From the NCBI GenBank assembly GCA_964527265.1, contig CAZGOM010000006.1, positions 3,259-67,258 on the forward strand: a stretch of DNA of 64,000 nt, written 5' to 3'. A model generated the notes under the pieces. That model ran no database searches and was not told the DNA's origin. It saw only the letters and a list, made by a program, of their open reading frames with translations. The number at the start of each line of letters is the position of its first letter. The first letter of the stretch is position 1. The DNA comes from an uncultured Phycisphaeraceae bacterium (lineage in GTDB: Bacteria; Planctomycetota; Phycisphaerae; Phycisphaerales; Phycisphaeraceae). Position numbers and translations under genes: made by a program. Of this stretch, positions 53,511 to 62,480 are shown one piece after another.

Positions 53511-54124
53511 GTGGAAGCCTTTGTTCGTGCGGATTTGGATGCGTGGACTGACCCGGGTTTATGGCTTGTGAGGTACGTTTGCAGTGCGACTGCGTTGTTG
53601 AAGGATTCGTCCTTAGCAGCATAAACAAGCGTGACGTGATGCCTGGGGAGGAGTGCGCGGATTTCATCCAGGGCGTGGGGGTGGCTGTCGAGTTCCTTGT
53701 GGTATCGGCGTTGGAATTCTTCCCAGCGTTTGGGGTCATGGTTGAACCACTGGCGGAGCTGAAGGCTTGGCGCGGCATCCTTGGCCCATGCGTGGAGGTG
53801 GGCGTGATAACGGGAGACGGCGCGGGGCCAGAGGCGATCGACGAGGATGCGTATGCCGTCCTCCTCGGCGGCGGGTTCGTAGATACGTTTGATTTTGAGG
53901 GCAGGGCGTTTGCGTGTGGTTTTCATGGTTTTGCTTTGTTGCTGGAGGAGGAAGGAAAGATCGAGCGAATGGATCGCACCCATGGCAACTTCAAAGGCGC
54001 CTTGAGCGCACAGGCCGCGGATGAGTGCGTCTTCATGGGCGTCCAAGGCTGCCTTGCGACAGGCCTCGCGTATGGATTGAGCGATGTGGGCAAGGCGCTG
54101 CACGCGTAGGTGTTTGGGTGTCAT
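53507..54124 (-). CDS. DUF488 (YeaO-like) protein with a ~66-aa N-terminal extension
   Basis: The C-terminal 139 aa (MKTTRKRPALKIKRIYEPAAEEDGIRILVDRLWPRAVS...WAKDAAPSLQLRQWFNHDP..W.EF..RY..EL...LVYAAKD) is the DUF488 pattern. An alternative start would be at top coordinate 53926. The stop overlaps the DinB start (ATGA). Confidence 0.7.
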   Translation of the reverse strand: MTPKHLRVQRLAHIAQSIREACRKAALDAHEDALIRGLCAQGAFEVAMGAIHSLDLSFLLQQQSKTMKTTRKRPALKIKRIYEPAAEEDGIRILVDRLWPRAVSRYHAHLHAWAKDAAPSLQLRQWFNHDPKRWEEFQRRYHKELDSHPHALDEIRALLPRHHVTLVYAAKDESFNNAVALQTYLTSHKPGSVHASKSARTKAST

Positions 54125-54151
54125 GGTTGGGCTTATCGGGTTGCTTTTTGG

Positions 54152-54179
54152 ATTCTATACCTATGGGTGAAGAATTCAA
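54152..54179 (-). promoter_or_regulatory. sigma70-like promoter TTGAAT-16-TAGAAT
   Basis: Read on the reverse strand. The -10 box ends ~28 nt upstream of the ATG at 54124. Confidence 0.45.
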
Positions 54180-54329
54180 AGATGAAATTACCACGGGAAC
54201 GGACGACAGCTCTACTTGATGTACATGCGTGGTGGTGGGATTCGGTGATGGGCATTAGTAGACGAGGATGAATCGGTTGAAGCGTTATGATTGGCGGCGA
54301 ACCGCTGATGGCCGGAAAACTATGAAACT

Positions 54330-55400
54330 ATGACAATCAATCCCGATAACAAAGCGTGCCTGCTTGAGAGTGATCTTCGAGAGATGTTTGCGCTTACGCA
54401 CGGCGTGTGGTGCGATCTGGGGAAGCAGCGTGTGTTTCTGACGGGGGGAACGGGTTTTTTCGGTTGCTGGCTGCTGGAGTCTTTTCTTTACGCCGAAGAT
54501 CAATTGAAGGCGGGCAGCACGGTGACCGTGCTAACGCGGAGCCCGGAAAGATTTCGACAAAAGCATCCACGGCTGGCGACACATCCGGCGGTGACGCTGC
54601 ATGCGGGAGACATTCGGGACTTCAAGTTTCCGGAAGGGCCATTTGATTGCGTGATTCATGCGGCGACGCCTTCAGGCGTGGGATTGACGGGGCAGATATC
54701 GAACCTGGAGATGTTTGATATCACAGTCGAGGGGACCCGGCAGGCGCTTGAGTTTGCGAGGGTGAGCGGGGTGCGAAAGTTTTTGTTGACCAGTTCCGGA
54801 GCGGTGTATGGAACTCAGCCGGTTGATATGGAGGGGATGCCGGAGGATGCCGCGCAGGGGCCGGTGACGATGAACCCTGCGAATGCTTATGGAGAGGGGA
54901 AGCGCGCTGCGGAAATGCTGTGCGCGATCTACCAAGCGCAGTATGGATTGGAGTGCAAGATTGCCAGGTGCTTTGCATTTGTGGGGCCGTATTTGCCGAT
55001 TGATACACACTTTGCCGCGGGCAATTTCATTCGAGACGCGCTGGAGGGGAGGCGTATTCATATTCGGGGGGATGGAACGCCCTTGCGATCGTATCTTTAT
55101 GCATCGGACCTGATGGTGTGGCTCTGGACGATCCTGGCGCAGGGCAGGGCGATGAGGCCGTACAACGTGGGTGCGTCGGAGGCGATTTCGATCTTGGGGC
55201 TTGCGGAGGAGGTGGCGAGGCTTTGCATGCCGCAACTGGACATTCAGGTGGACAAGGCGCCGGTTCCTGGTTTGCTTCCAATGCGGTATGTGCCGGATGT
55301 TTCACGGGCGCGGGGCGAACTGGGGTTGGATGTGACGGTGCCGGTGGCGGAAGGGTTGGCAAAAACATTGCGGTGGCATCAGGCAACACGTGGAAGATAG
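54330..55400 (+). CDS. NAD-dependent epimerase/dehydratase (extended SDR)
   Basis: VFLTGGTGFFGCWLLESFL Rossmann motif and YGEGKRAAE (YxxxK). Confidence 0.88.
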   Translation: MTINPDNKACLLESDLREMFALTHGVWCDLGKQRVFLTGGTGFFGCWLLESFLYAEDQLKAGSTVTVLTRSPERFRQKHPRLATHPAVTLHAGDIRDFKFPEGPFDCVIHAATPSGVGLTGQISNLEMFDITVEGTRQALEFARVSGVRKFLLTSSGAVYGTQPVDMEGMPEDAAQGPVTMNPANAYGEGKRAAEMLCAIYQAQYGLECKIARCFAFVGPYLPIDTHFAAGNFIRDALEGRRIHIRGDGTPLRSYLYASDLMVWLWTILAQGRAMRPYNVGASEAISILGLAEEVARLCMPQLDIQVDKAPVPGLLPMRYVPDVSRARGELGLDVTVPVAEGLAKTLRWHQATRGR

Positions 55401-55498
55401 ACGGTGGGACACGTATGTTGTCAGCGGGCAGAATGTCGGTTCTAATTCGGTTGGGTCTTTGTGGCCAAGTCAGCCCCTTTTTTTAGTTGGATAATCCG

Positions 55499-57301
55499 AT
55501 GATCAGACTCGCAGATTACGTCGTCAAAAAACTTGCAGAGTATGGCGTTAAACACGTGTTTCTTGTAACAGGCGGGGGGGCCATGCATCTAAACGACGCT
55601 TTTGGAAGATCGCCGGATATCCGATATGTGGCGTGTCATCATGAGCAGGCTTGCGCGATGGCTGCAGAAGGGTATGCCCGGGTAACGGGGCAGACGGGCG
55701 TCATCAATGTCACCACCGGCCCGGGAGGCATTAATGCGTTGAATGGTGTTTTCGGCGCATTTACCGATTCAATACCAATGGTGATTATTTCCGGGCAAGT
55801 GAAGCGCGAAACATGCATGGCGTCGTATCACTTGCCTGGGCTCAGGCAGCTTGGCGATCAAGAGGCAGACATCATTGCAATGGTCAAGCCCATCACCAAG
55901 TACGCCGCATTGATTCAAGATCCCGAAAGCATTCGCTACCATCTGGAACGTGCATTGTGGCTGTCAAATTCCGGTCGGCCTGGACCATGTTGGATCGACA
56001 TACCGGTGGATGTGCAAGGCGCCTTAATTGATGGCGACAAACTCAGAGGATACGACCCGGCTGAAGACGCTTTTAACTGGGACGTGTCTTTCCTGCGCGG
56101 GCAGTGCAGGCAAGTCGTGGAGAGATTGATGTCCTCCCAGCGTCCAGTGATCCTGGCGGGGACAGGCGTGCGGCTGGCTGGTGCCCTGGATGTTTTCCAG
56201 AGGGTGATCCGCAAGCTAGGCATTCCAGTTGCTACCGCGTGGACACACGATCTGCTGGCGTCGGACGATCCGGTTTTTTGCGGCAGGCAAGGCAGCATTG
56301 GCGAGCGTGCCGGCAACTTCACGGTGCAGAACTCAGACATGGTTCTTGTACTGGGCTCCCGCTTGTGCATCAGACAAGTGAGCTACAACTGGAAGGCATT
56401 TGCCAGACATGCGTATAAAATTCAAGTGGATATTGATGCGGCAGAGTTGAACAAACCAACCGTGCATGTGGATATGCCGATTCATTGCGACGCAAAATGG
56501 TTTTTGGAGGAATTAGAGAGACAGGTGGACGCTGCGGCGTACGATCCAGCGCGACATGAGGGGTGGCTGGCATGGTGTAAGCAGCGTGTGGCAAAGTATC
56601 CGGTGGTTCTGCCTAAGCATCGGGTATTCAACGGCTTGATCAATCCATATCATTTTATTGAAGTCCTTTTTTCCCGGTTGTCGCAAGGCGATGTCGTGGT
56701 TTGCGGCAATGCGACGGCATGCATCGTGCCGTTCCAGGCAGGTAAACTTCAGTTGGGGCAGCGTTTATTCTCCAACTCGGGGAGTGCTTCGATGGGATTT
56801 GATCTGCCGGCCGCCATTGGTGCCGCGGTCGCACTGGGAGGCAAGCGTGTCATCTGCCTGGCTGGGGAAGGGAGCATACAAATGAATTTGCAGGAAATGC
56901 AGACGGTGATGCACCACAGGTTGCCGATCAAGATTTTTGTTCTTAATAACGGGGGATATCTGTCAATTCGTTCAACCCAGAAAAACTTCTTTAATCACAT
57001 GGTGGGTTCGGATGCAGGCAGTGGGGTGAGCTTTCCGGATATGGTGCGTATCGCCAATGCATATGGCATGGATGCGCAGTTGATCGCGTGTGAGGATTTC
57101 AGGGGATTGATCGATAACGCATTGGCGAGCGAGGGGCCGCATCTTAGCGAAGTCATGCTGGACGGGGCGCAAACTTTTGAACCGCGCTTGAGTTCGCGGA
57201 AGCTGGCGGATGGCAGTATGGCGACGGCTCCTCTTGATGACATGTTCCCATTCCTGGAAAGAGACGAATACGCGGCCAATCAATTCATTGCCGAGGGGTG
57301 A
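55499..57301 (+). CDS. thiamine diphosphate-binding enzyme (acetolactate synthase-like large subunit fold)
   Basis: Pyr domain (HEQACAMAAEGYARVTG ... TTGPGGINALNG), central domain, and PP domain with GSASMGFDLPAAIGA ... GEGSIQMNLQEM ... NNGGY (ThDP motif GDG/GEG-x24-27-NN). Confidence 0.9.
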   Translation: MIRLADYVVKKLAEYGVKHVFLVTGGGAMHLNDAFGRSPDIRYVACHHEQACAMAAEGYARVTGQTGVINVTTGPGGINALNGVFGAFTDSIPMVIISGQVKRETCMASYHLPGLRQLGDQEADIIAMVKPITKYAALIQDPESIRYHLERALWLSNSGRPGPCWIDIPVDVQGALIDGDKLRGYDPAEDAFNWDVSFLRGQCRQVVERLMSSQRPVILAGTGVRLAGALDVFQRVIRKLGIPVATAWTHDLLASDDPVFCGRQGSIGERAGNFTVQNSDMVLVLGSRLCIRQVSYNWKAFARHAYKIQVDIDAAELNKPTVHVDMPIHCDAKWFLEELERQVDAAAYDPARHEGWLAWCKQRVAKYPVVLPKHRVFNGLINPYHFIEVLFSRLSQGDVVVCGNATACIVPFQAGKLQLGQRLFSNSGSASMGFDLPAAIGAAVALGGKRVICLAGEGSIQMNLQEMQTVMHHRLPIKIFVLNNGGYLSIRSTQKNFFNHMVGSDAGSGVSFPDMVRIANAYGMDAQLIACEDFRGLIDNALASEGPHLSEVMLDGAQTFEPRLSSRKLADGSMATAPLDDMFPFLERDEYAANQFIAEG

Positions 57302-57376
57302 CACGCAAGTACGTCTGTTACAATCTGTTTTTGAGTTTTGGACCTGGATTTTCGCTTAAGCATTGAAGGCTTCCGC

Positions 57377-58468
57377 ATGAACATCGACATTTTCGAAGAT
57401 CTCTTCGTCCTTGAAATGGCCAATAACCATTGGGGAAAAGTCGACCGGGGCCTGAAGATCATCCACGATTTTTCACGGATTGTGCGATTCAACAACGTAC
57501 GTGCATGCATCAAGCTGCAGTTTCGCGATGTGGACACGTTCATTCATAAAAATTTCCGGGATCGCGTTGACATTCGTTACGTGAAGAAAACCCTGGACAC
57601 GCAACTGAAAAAACAGGAATACACCACGCTGGTGAAGGCTGTTCGCGCTGCCGGGTGCATTCCGAGTGCGACTCCCTTTGATGAAGCGAGTGTCGACTTG
57701 TGCGTGGAGTTGGGTATCCCGATCATAAAACTAGCCAGTTCAGACATCAATGATTGGTTTCTCATCGAGAAGATTGCCCTCACACGCAAGCCCGTGATAG
57801 CCAGCAGCGGTGGTTCATCACTGAAAGACATGGATGACCTTGTCACCTTTTTCAGCAACCGCAACATTCCCTTAGCGCTGAACCACTGCGTATCGATCTA
57901 TCCGGCTCAAGATTCTGAATTGGAATTGAATCAGATCGATTTTCTGCGAAAGCGCTATCCGCATTTAACAATCGGGCTGTCGACCCACGAGTACTCGGAT
58001 TGGAGCAGTTCGATCATGATGGCCTACGCCAAAGGCGCACGCACCTTTGAACGTCATATCGACATTGAAGCAGACGGCATTCCAGTTTCACCTTACTGCT
58101 CCAAGCCTGAACAGATTGACACTTGGTTCAAAGCCTTTAACTTGGCAAAAACCATGTGCGGTGGGAGCCAGGACACCAAACGTATTCCTCCAGAAAAAGA
58201 AATCAAGTACCTGGATGGACTGGTGCGCGGCATTTATGCCAAGCGAGATCTTCCTGAAGGGTATATCTTGTCCCACGAACACATTAATAAGGATGTGTAT
58301 CTGGCCGTGCCGCTTCAAAAGGGACAGATTTCGTGTCGGGAGATCATGAGCGGCGAAGTGCTATTGAAAGCCGTCGCGAAAGATGAAGCTCTCATGATCG
58401 ACTCCATCGATAGCCCCTACGCCTACAATGAGAAACTCCGCAACCTGATTTATGAACGGGGTGTTTGA
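57377..58468 (+). CDS. N-acetylneuraminate synthase (NeuB/SpsE) family protein with C-terminal SAF domain
   Basis: FVLEMANNHWG (NeuB EIG.NH-like start), KLASSDINDW, GLSTHE, ERHI and a C-terminal antifreeze-like/SAF segment. Confidence 0.82.
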   Translation: MNIDIFEDLFVLEMANNHWGKVDRGLKIIHDFSRIVRFNNVRACIKLQFRDVDTFIHKNFRDRVDIRYVKKTLDTQLKKQEYTTLVKAVRAAGCIPSATPFDEASVDLCVELGIPIIKLASSDINDWFLIEKIALTRKPVIASSGGSSLKDMDDLVTFFSNRNIPLALNHCVSIYPAQDSELELNQIDFLRKRYPHLTIGLSTHEYSDWSSSIMMAYAKGARTFERHIDIEADGIPVSPYCSKPEQIDTWFKAFNLAKTMCGGSQDTKRIPPEKEIKYLDGLVRGIYAKRDLPEGYILSHEHINKDVYLAVPLQKGQISCREIMSGEVLLKAVAKDEALMIDSIDSPYAYNEKLRNLIYERGV

Positions 58469-58524
58469 GTTCCTCGCCGGGCTTGCCTGAAACGAAAAAA
58501 CTCCTCACACGAATCGTGTTTGAG

Positions 58525-58929
58525 ATGATTAAGGTGCTAGAAAACCGTGAACTGAGATTTCTTCTTGTTGGGGGATTTAATACCGTTTCGGGCTATCTGA
58601 TCACAAATATGTGTTTTTTTTTATTGGTCCCAATCACGGGTTTAATCGCGGTGCTTGTTGTCACGAATGTTTTGAATGTGACGATATCATTTTTGACCTA
58701 TAAATTTTTTGTGTTCCGTACAACCGCCCCGTGGTTTCGTGAATATTTGAAGTTTTACGGCGTCTCGAGTGTCCCAATTATCCTCAGTTTTGTGATACTC
58801 CCGCTGCTAATCGACGGGCTGAAACTCAATCCATACTTTGCGATAGCCGTGTTCACCGTTTTTACCGTGATTATGAGTTATCTGGGCCATAAGTATGTTT
58901 CGTTTAGGAAGCCTGATCCACAGGTTTGA
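58525..58929 (+). CDS. GtrA-like membrane protein
   Basis: RFLLVGGFNTVSGYLITNMCFFLL followed by 3 more TM helices. An alternative TTG start at 58465 would overlap the upstream stop. Confidence 0.72.
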   Translation: MIKVLENRELRFLLVGGFNTVSGYLITNMCFFLLVPITGLIAVLVVTNVLNVTISFLTYKFFVFRTTAPWFREYLKFYGVSSVPIILSFVILPLLIDGLKLNPYFAIAVFTVFTVIMSYLGHKYVSFRKPDPQV

Positions 58930-59344
58930 AGCATGTAAAGAGAGTTTAAGCGTAAAAGACCTGCGTATAGGAATGACTTGAAGACCAACTGAGATTCATT
59001 GGGGTATCAAGAGACTTTCTGGTGCGTTCGCGCAAGAATTCCGCCATCCATTTTTTGGTGGGGAAAAGCTACGATCATTTGGAGCAGGCTGGCTTGAATG
59101 AGGTTGTTGATGCTGAGGGTTTGCCAGGGGTGACGGGGTGTAACGGAGGCTCAAGGGCAATTCATCATCCAGCATTGCCTGGCAGTTGGCGTATTTACCT
59201 GGAAGCGACACGTTGGCATCGGTTATTCACGGCGTCGGGGGTGTATAGGGCAACGGCAAGTGGATCCGATCTCTGAGAAACCTACAACCTGACCGGCGGG
59301 ACCGGAGTTCCAGTTACGCCATCTTCCCATTTTCCTGGCCCAAA

Positions 59345-59374
59345 GAAAAACCCCCTTGGCTGGCAAGGGGGTTT
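59345..59374 (-). terminator. intrinsic terminator downstream of tRNA-Gln
   Basis: The reverse strand reads GAAACCCCCTT-GCCAGCC-AAGGGGGTTTTTCTTTG. Confidence 0.55.
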
Positions 59375-59380
59375 CGCAAG

Positions 59381-59451
59381 CTGGGGAACTAGGATTCGAA
59401 CCTAGACAAACTGAGTCAGAGTCAGTTGTGCTACCGTTACACCATTCCCCA
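59381..59451 (-). tRNA. tRNA-Gln (anticodon CUG)
   Basis: The reverse strand reads TGGGGAATGGTGTAACGGTAGCACAACTGACTCTGACTCAGTTTGTCTAGGTTCGAATCCTAGTTCCCCAG. Anticodon loop CU-CUG-AC, T-arm GGTTCGAATCC. CCA is not encoded. Confidence 0.85.
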
Positions 59452-59467
59452 AATGGAATGAGGCAAT

Positions 59468-59495
59468 ATTATGGCGAGAAATCGGGGGTTGTCAA
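59468..59495 (-). promoter_or_regulatory. sigma70-like promoter TTGACA-16-CATAAT for tRNA-Gln
   Basis: Read on the reverse strand. The -10 box ends 16 nt before the mature 5' end. Confidence 0.5.
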
Positions 59496-59528
59496 TGTGC
59501 TGAAGAGTTTTGGACAGAGTGGTATGTC

Positions 59529-59550
59529 AGAGAGAGAGGGAGAGAGAAAG
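59529..59550. repeat. imperfect GA microsatellite (AG)5GG(AG)3AAAG
   Basis: Read directly in the divergent tRNA-Gln / 59681 intergenic region. Confidence 0.8.
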
Positions 59551-59680
59551 CAACAACAGCTCACTCTGCTTGGAGTACATGTGGTTGTTTTTATTTTATT
59601 TATTTCTTGAGCAAGTTAACGCTTTGCGTCATAGTGTGATGGGATTGGAAGGGGTAAGAATTGAGAATTGGAGGCACAGG

Positions 59681-61195
59681 ATGAAAACTTTCGCGGTGGT
59701 GGATGACCGGCATGTTGAGGATTCGCGATTTTTGAAGCGCGGGTTGGGGATGCCGTACTTTAAGCGGCGGGATTCGATTGTGCGGGCGGAGGCATTTGGG
59801 GCGGTTTTGAGGGATCCCAAGACGGGTCTGTGGCGGATGTGGTACGCCAATGATGTGGCGCGAGATCCTGCCGTGGACGTGGTGAGCATGGATATTCTGC
59901 AGAGCTATGCGGAGAGCGATGACGGGGTGAATTGGCGGTTTCCGAGCCTGGGATTGGTGGAAGAGAAGGGATCTAAAGACAACAACATTGTGATGACGCA
60001 TCATCATCGGGATGCGAATGGGCGTTACTTGACGGGGTATGGCGGGCCGGCTGGATTTTGCGTGATTGACAACGAATTGACGCCGCACCCGGCGGCGCGA
60101 GGGCGGTTTACGGCGTTTTTCCATGCGAGTGCAACGGATACCTATGGCGGAATATGCGCGGCGTACAGCGAGGATGGACTGACTTGGACGGGATATGCGG
60201 AGAATCCGATCCTGCCGGGGTCGCAGGACACGCAGAACTGCGTACTGTGGGATGCGGGAATCGGAAAATATGTGTGTTATCAGCGGCCGACGATCTATTG
60301 CGGACAGGAGTTTCATGCCAACCGGAAGATAGCGCGTTGCGAGAGCGTGGATCTGGTGAACTGGTCGCCGTCGCGGGTGGTGGTGGATACAGATGAGCTG
60401 GATGCCGCGGCGCATGACATTTTCATTGAGCCGGGGATGGGCGGCTGGGTGCGGGGACGGGCGAAGCAGTTTCAGGGGATTTCGCCGTTTATCTACAACG
60501 GATGTTATCTGGCGCACACGTGGTTTTATGATGTGAAGAAGGCGACATTCACGGACGAGTTGATCCGAAGTGATGACGGGGTGAGGTGGCTTCGAGAGCC
60601 GCTTAGAGAGCCGTTTATCGCGCATGGGCGGCCGGAGGGATATCGGGGGAAATTGATTGTGCCGATTGCCAGCCCGCCGGTGCTGTTTGGGGATGAACTT
60701 TACATCTATGTGAGCAGCATGCCGTTCGACCATCATGAGGTGTCAACGCATGAGTACGACAAGGACCGGTCGAAGGTGAAGAAGATGCTGGAGGGGTGGG
60801 AACTGCATGTTCTGGCGATCAAGCGTGACCGGTGGGTGGGATATGAAGCGGGCGAGCATGAAGGGGAGTTTTTGACGACGCCGTTTGATTTCAAAGGGGG
60901 AAGCCCGCTTTGCTTGAACGCGCAGATTCAAACAGGCGGATACATTAAAGTGGAAGTGGAGGATCAGTGGGGACGGGCGATCAAGGATTTGCATCTGGAT
61001 GAGATTTTGCCGCTTGAGGGGCCGGTGGATGGTGTGGATGTGCCGGTGTTATTTGGGCCGGGGCCCAAGAGCATCTGGAAACTTCCTCCGGTGGGGCCGA
61101 TCCGGCTGCGGATGCGAATGAAGAAAGCGACGGTGTATGGATGGTCGATCGGCGGACTGGCCGTGACGCTTCCGCAGCGGGACAAGTGGGGCTGA
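59681..61195 (+). CDS. predicted beta-propeller glycoside hydrolase-like protein (paralog of 23122..24567)
   Basis: Blade signatures YAESDDGVNWRFPS, AAYSEDGLTWTGYAENP, CESVDLVNWSPS and LIRSDDGVRWLRE. I chose the ATG at 59681 (after GGAGG) over the ORF-track start at 59510. Confidence 0.72.
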   Translation: MKTFAVVDDRHVEDSRFLKRGLGMPYFKRRDSIVRAEAFGAVLRDPKTGLWRMWYANDVARDPAVDVVSMDILQSYAESDDGVNWRFPSLGLVEEKGSKDNNIVMTHHHRDANGRYLTGYGGPAGFCVIDNELTPHPAARGRFTAFFHASATDTYGGICAAYSEDGLTWTGYAENPILPGSQDTQNCVLWDAGIGKYVCYQRPTIYCGQEFHANRKIARCESVDLVNWSPSRVVVDTDELDAAAHDIFIEPGMGGWVRGRAKQFQGISPFIYNGCYLAHTWFYDVKKATFTDELIRSDDGVRWLREPLREPFIAHGRPEGYRGKLIVPIASPPVLFGDELYIYVSSMPFDHHEVSTHEYDKDRSKVKKMLEGWELHVLAIKRDRWVGYEAGEHEGEFLTTPFDFKGGSPLCLNAQIQTGGYIKVEVEDQWGRAIKDLHLDEILPLEGPVDGVDVPVLFGPGPKSIWKLPPVGPIRLRMRMKKATVYGWSIGGLAVTLPQRDKWG

Positions 61196-61203
61196 GCAGA
61201 GGG

Positions 61204-61893
61204 CTATTTTTTCTTGTTCGCAGCAGCTTTGAGGTGCTGTTCAAGAAGGGGAGCGTCGGGGTTGTGGTCGAGGGCGACTCGCCAGGCGCGAAGGTGGTCG
61301 GTTCGGCTTGCGCCGGGATTCTTGGTGGAACGGGCCATGAGATGGGCCATGCGGATGAATTGCTCAGGGCGCTTGAGGTTTTGCTTGCGGCCTGGATCGA
61401 TGATGGCGAGATTACCCTTTGAATCGACGAGCATGTTTGCGGCTTTAAAATCGCGCAGGAAGACTTTGTGGAGCCAGAGACTGGCCATGAGGGAGCCGAC
61501 ATTGCGCGCAACGAGCTGGCGGAATTTTGGATTGGAGAAGCGGCCGCGGTAGATGGCGCCCTGGAGCGATTCACCGAAGAATTGGGTGACGAGGAAGCCT
61601 TTGCCGTTGGATAGACCCTGGCCCATGATTCTGGCGGTGGGGAGGTTTAGTTTCTGGAGATGGGCGAAGGCTTTGAGTTCGTCTTGAAGCGGGTGGATGC
61701 CGATGAGCCACTCGAAGCGCTGGCGGAGTGGGGAGTAGTCGTAGCGTTTGACGACCATGAGGCCGAGGGCGGTTTCCACTGCCCAGACGCGGCTGCGGGG
61801 GTCATGTTTGAAGACTTCGACAGCCGGGAGATCGACCCAATGGGGCTCGAAATCCTTGTCTGGCGCGGGACCAATGGGGCTGGGGTGAAGCAT
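61204..61893 (-). CDS. lipopolysaccharide kinase (Kdo/WaaP)-like protein kinase fold
   Basis: MVVKRY (Lys), RDFKAANMLV (catalytic loop) and AIIDPG (DFG-equivalent). Confidence 0.65.
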   Translation of the reverse strand: MLHPSPIGPAPDKDFEPHWVDLPAVEVFKHDPRSRVWAVETALGLMVVKRYDYSPLRQRFEWLIGIHPLQDELKAFAHLQKLNLPTARIMGQGLSNGKGFLVTQFFGESLQGAIYRGRFSNPKFRQLVARNVGSLMASLWLHKVFLRDFKAANMLVDSKGNLAIIDPGRKQNLKRPEQFIRMAHLMARSTKNPGASRTDHLRAWRVALDHNPDAPLLEQHLKAAANKKK

Positions 61894-61924
61894 GGAAGAT
61901 CGGATGTCGAGTCACTATAAGCAG

Positions 61925-62443
61925 TTACAGCCCGGGGGCGGGGGCGTCGGGGAGTGCGGGCTGTGTGTTGGAGTCGCCATCAATGATGGCTTTGCCAGAG
62001 AAGCCGGTGGAGGGGAGCGGAACGCCGGATTCGGTGAGGAGTTTGCGGATTTCACCGGGTGGTTCGTAGGTGATGGAGCCGGAGACGGATATTTCACGGC
62101 CTGAAACGGGTTCATCGGTTTTATAGACGAAAGGGAGGGTAATGGTTTGCGTGCTGGCGATGGGAAGGGTGCGGTTGGGGTTGTCTTCGCCGGAATAGTC
62201 GCCGACATCTTTGATGTAACCATCGTAATGGGCATCGGTTAGAGGAAGGGCTACGGAATTTTTGTGGGATAGTTCGATGACTACGAGGATGCGTGCGCCT
62301 TCTTCGGTTTCCTCGGCCAGGCGCGCGGAGACGACGCGGGTGTCGGGGGCCGCGACGGTGCTGCAGCCTTGCATGGCCAAGAGCGATGATGCGGCAAGGG
62401 CCATGAGGAGGGGAAGAACGGATTGGCGAGACAGTCGTGTCAT
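61925..62443 (-). CDS. lipoprotein, LEA_2/WHy-like (tentative)
   Basis: Lipobox LLAMQGC. The ~150-aa beta-rich body has a pattern similar to bacterial LEA type 2 lipoproteins. Confidence 0.5.
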   Translation of the reverse strand: MTRLSRQSVLPLLMALAASSLLAMQGCSTVAAPDTRVVSARLAEETEEGARILVVIELSHKNSVALPLTDAHYDGYIKDVGDYSGEDNPNRTLPIASTQTITLPFVYKTDEPVSGREISVSGSITYEPPGEIRKLLTESGVPLPSTGFSGKAIIDGDSNTQPALPDAPAPGL

Positions 62444-62480
62444 CGGTGTTGTGTGTTCTAAAGGCTTTGTGGGACTTTGG

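Noticed and set aside
58996-59276. Two overlapping ORFs (71 aa on the minus strand, 84 aa on the plus strand) beside tRNA-Gln. Also a GGTCAGGT string on the reverse strand near 59290 that briefly suggested SRP RNA.
   Set aside because: The ORFs have no coding-like composition or start context. The SRP domain IV consensus (GGUCCGGAAGGAAGCAGC) is absent.
59600-60736. 378-aa minus-strand ORF opposite the second glycosidase-like gene, and the 57-codon N-terminal extension (59510..59680) of the + ORF.
   Set aside because: The antisense ORF is R/H/P-rich. The extension crosses the tRNA-Gln promoter and the GA tract and has implausible composition. The ATG at 59681 follows GGAGG.
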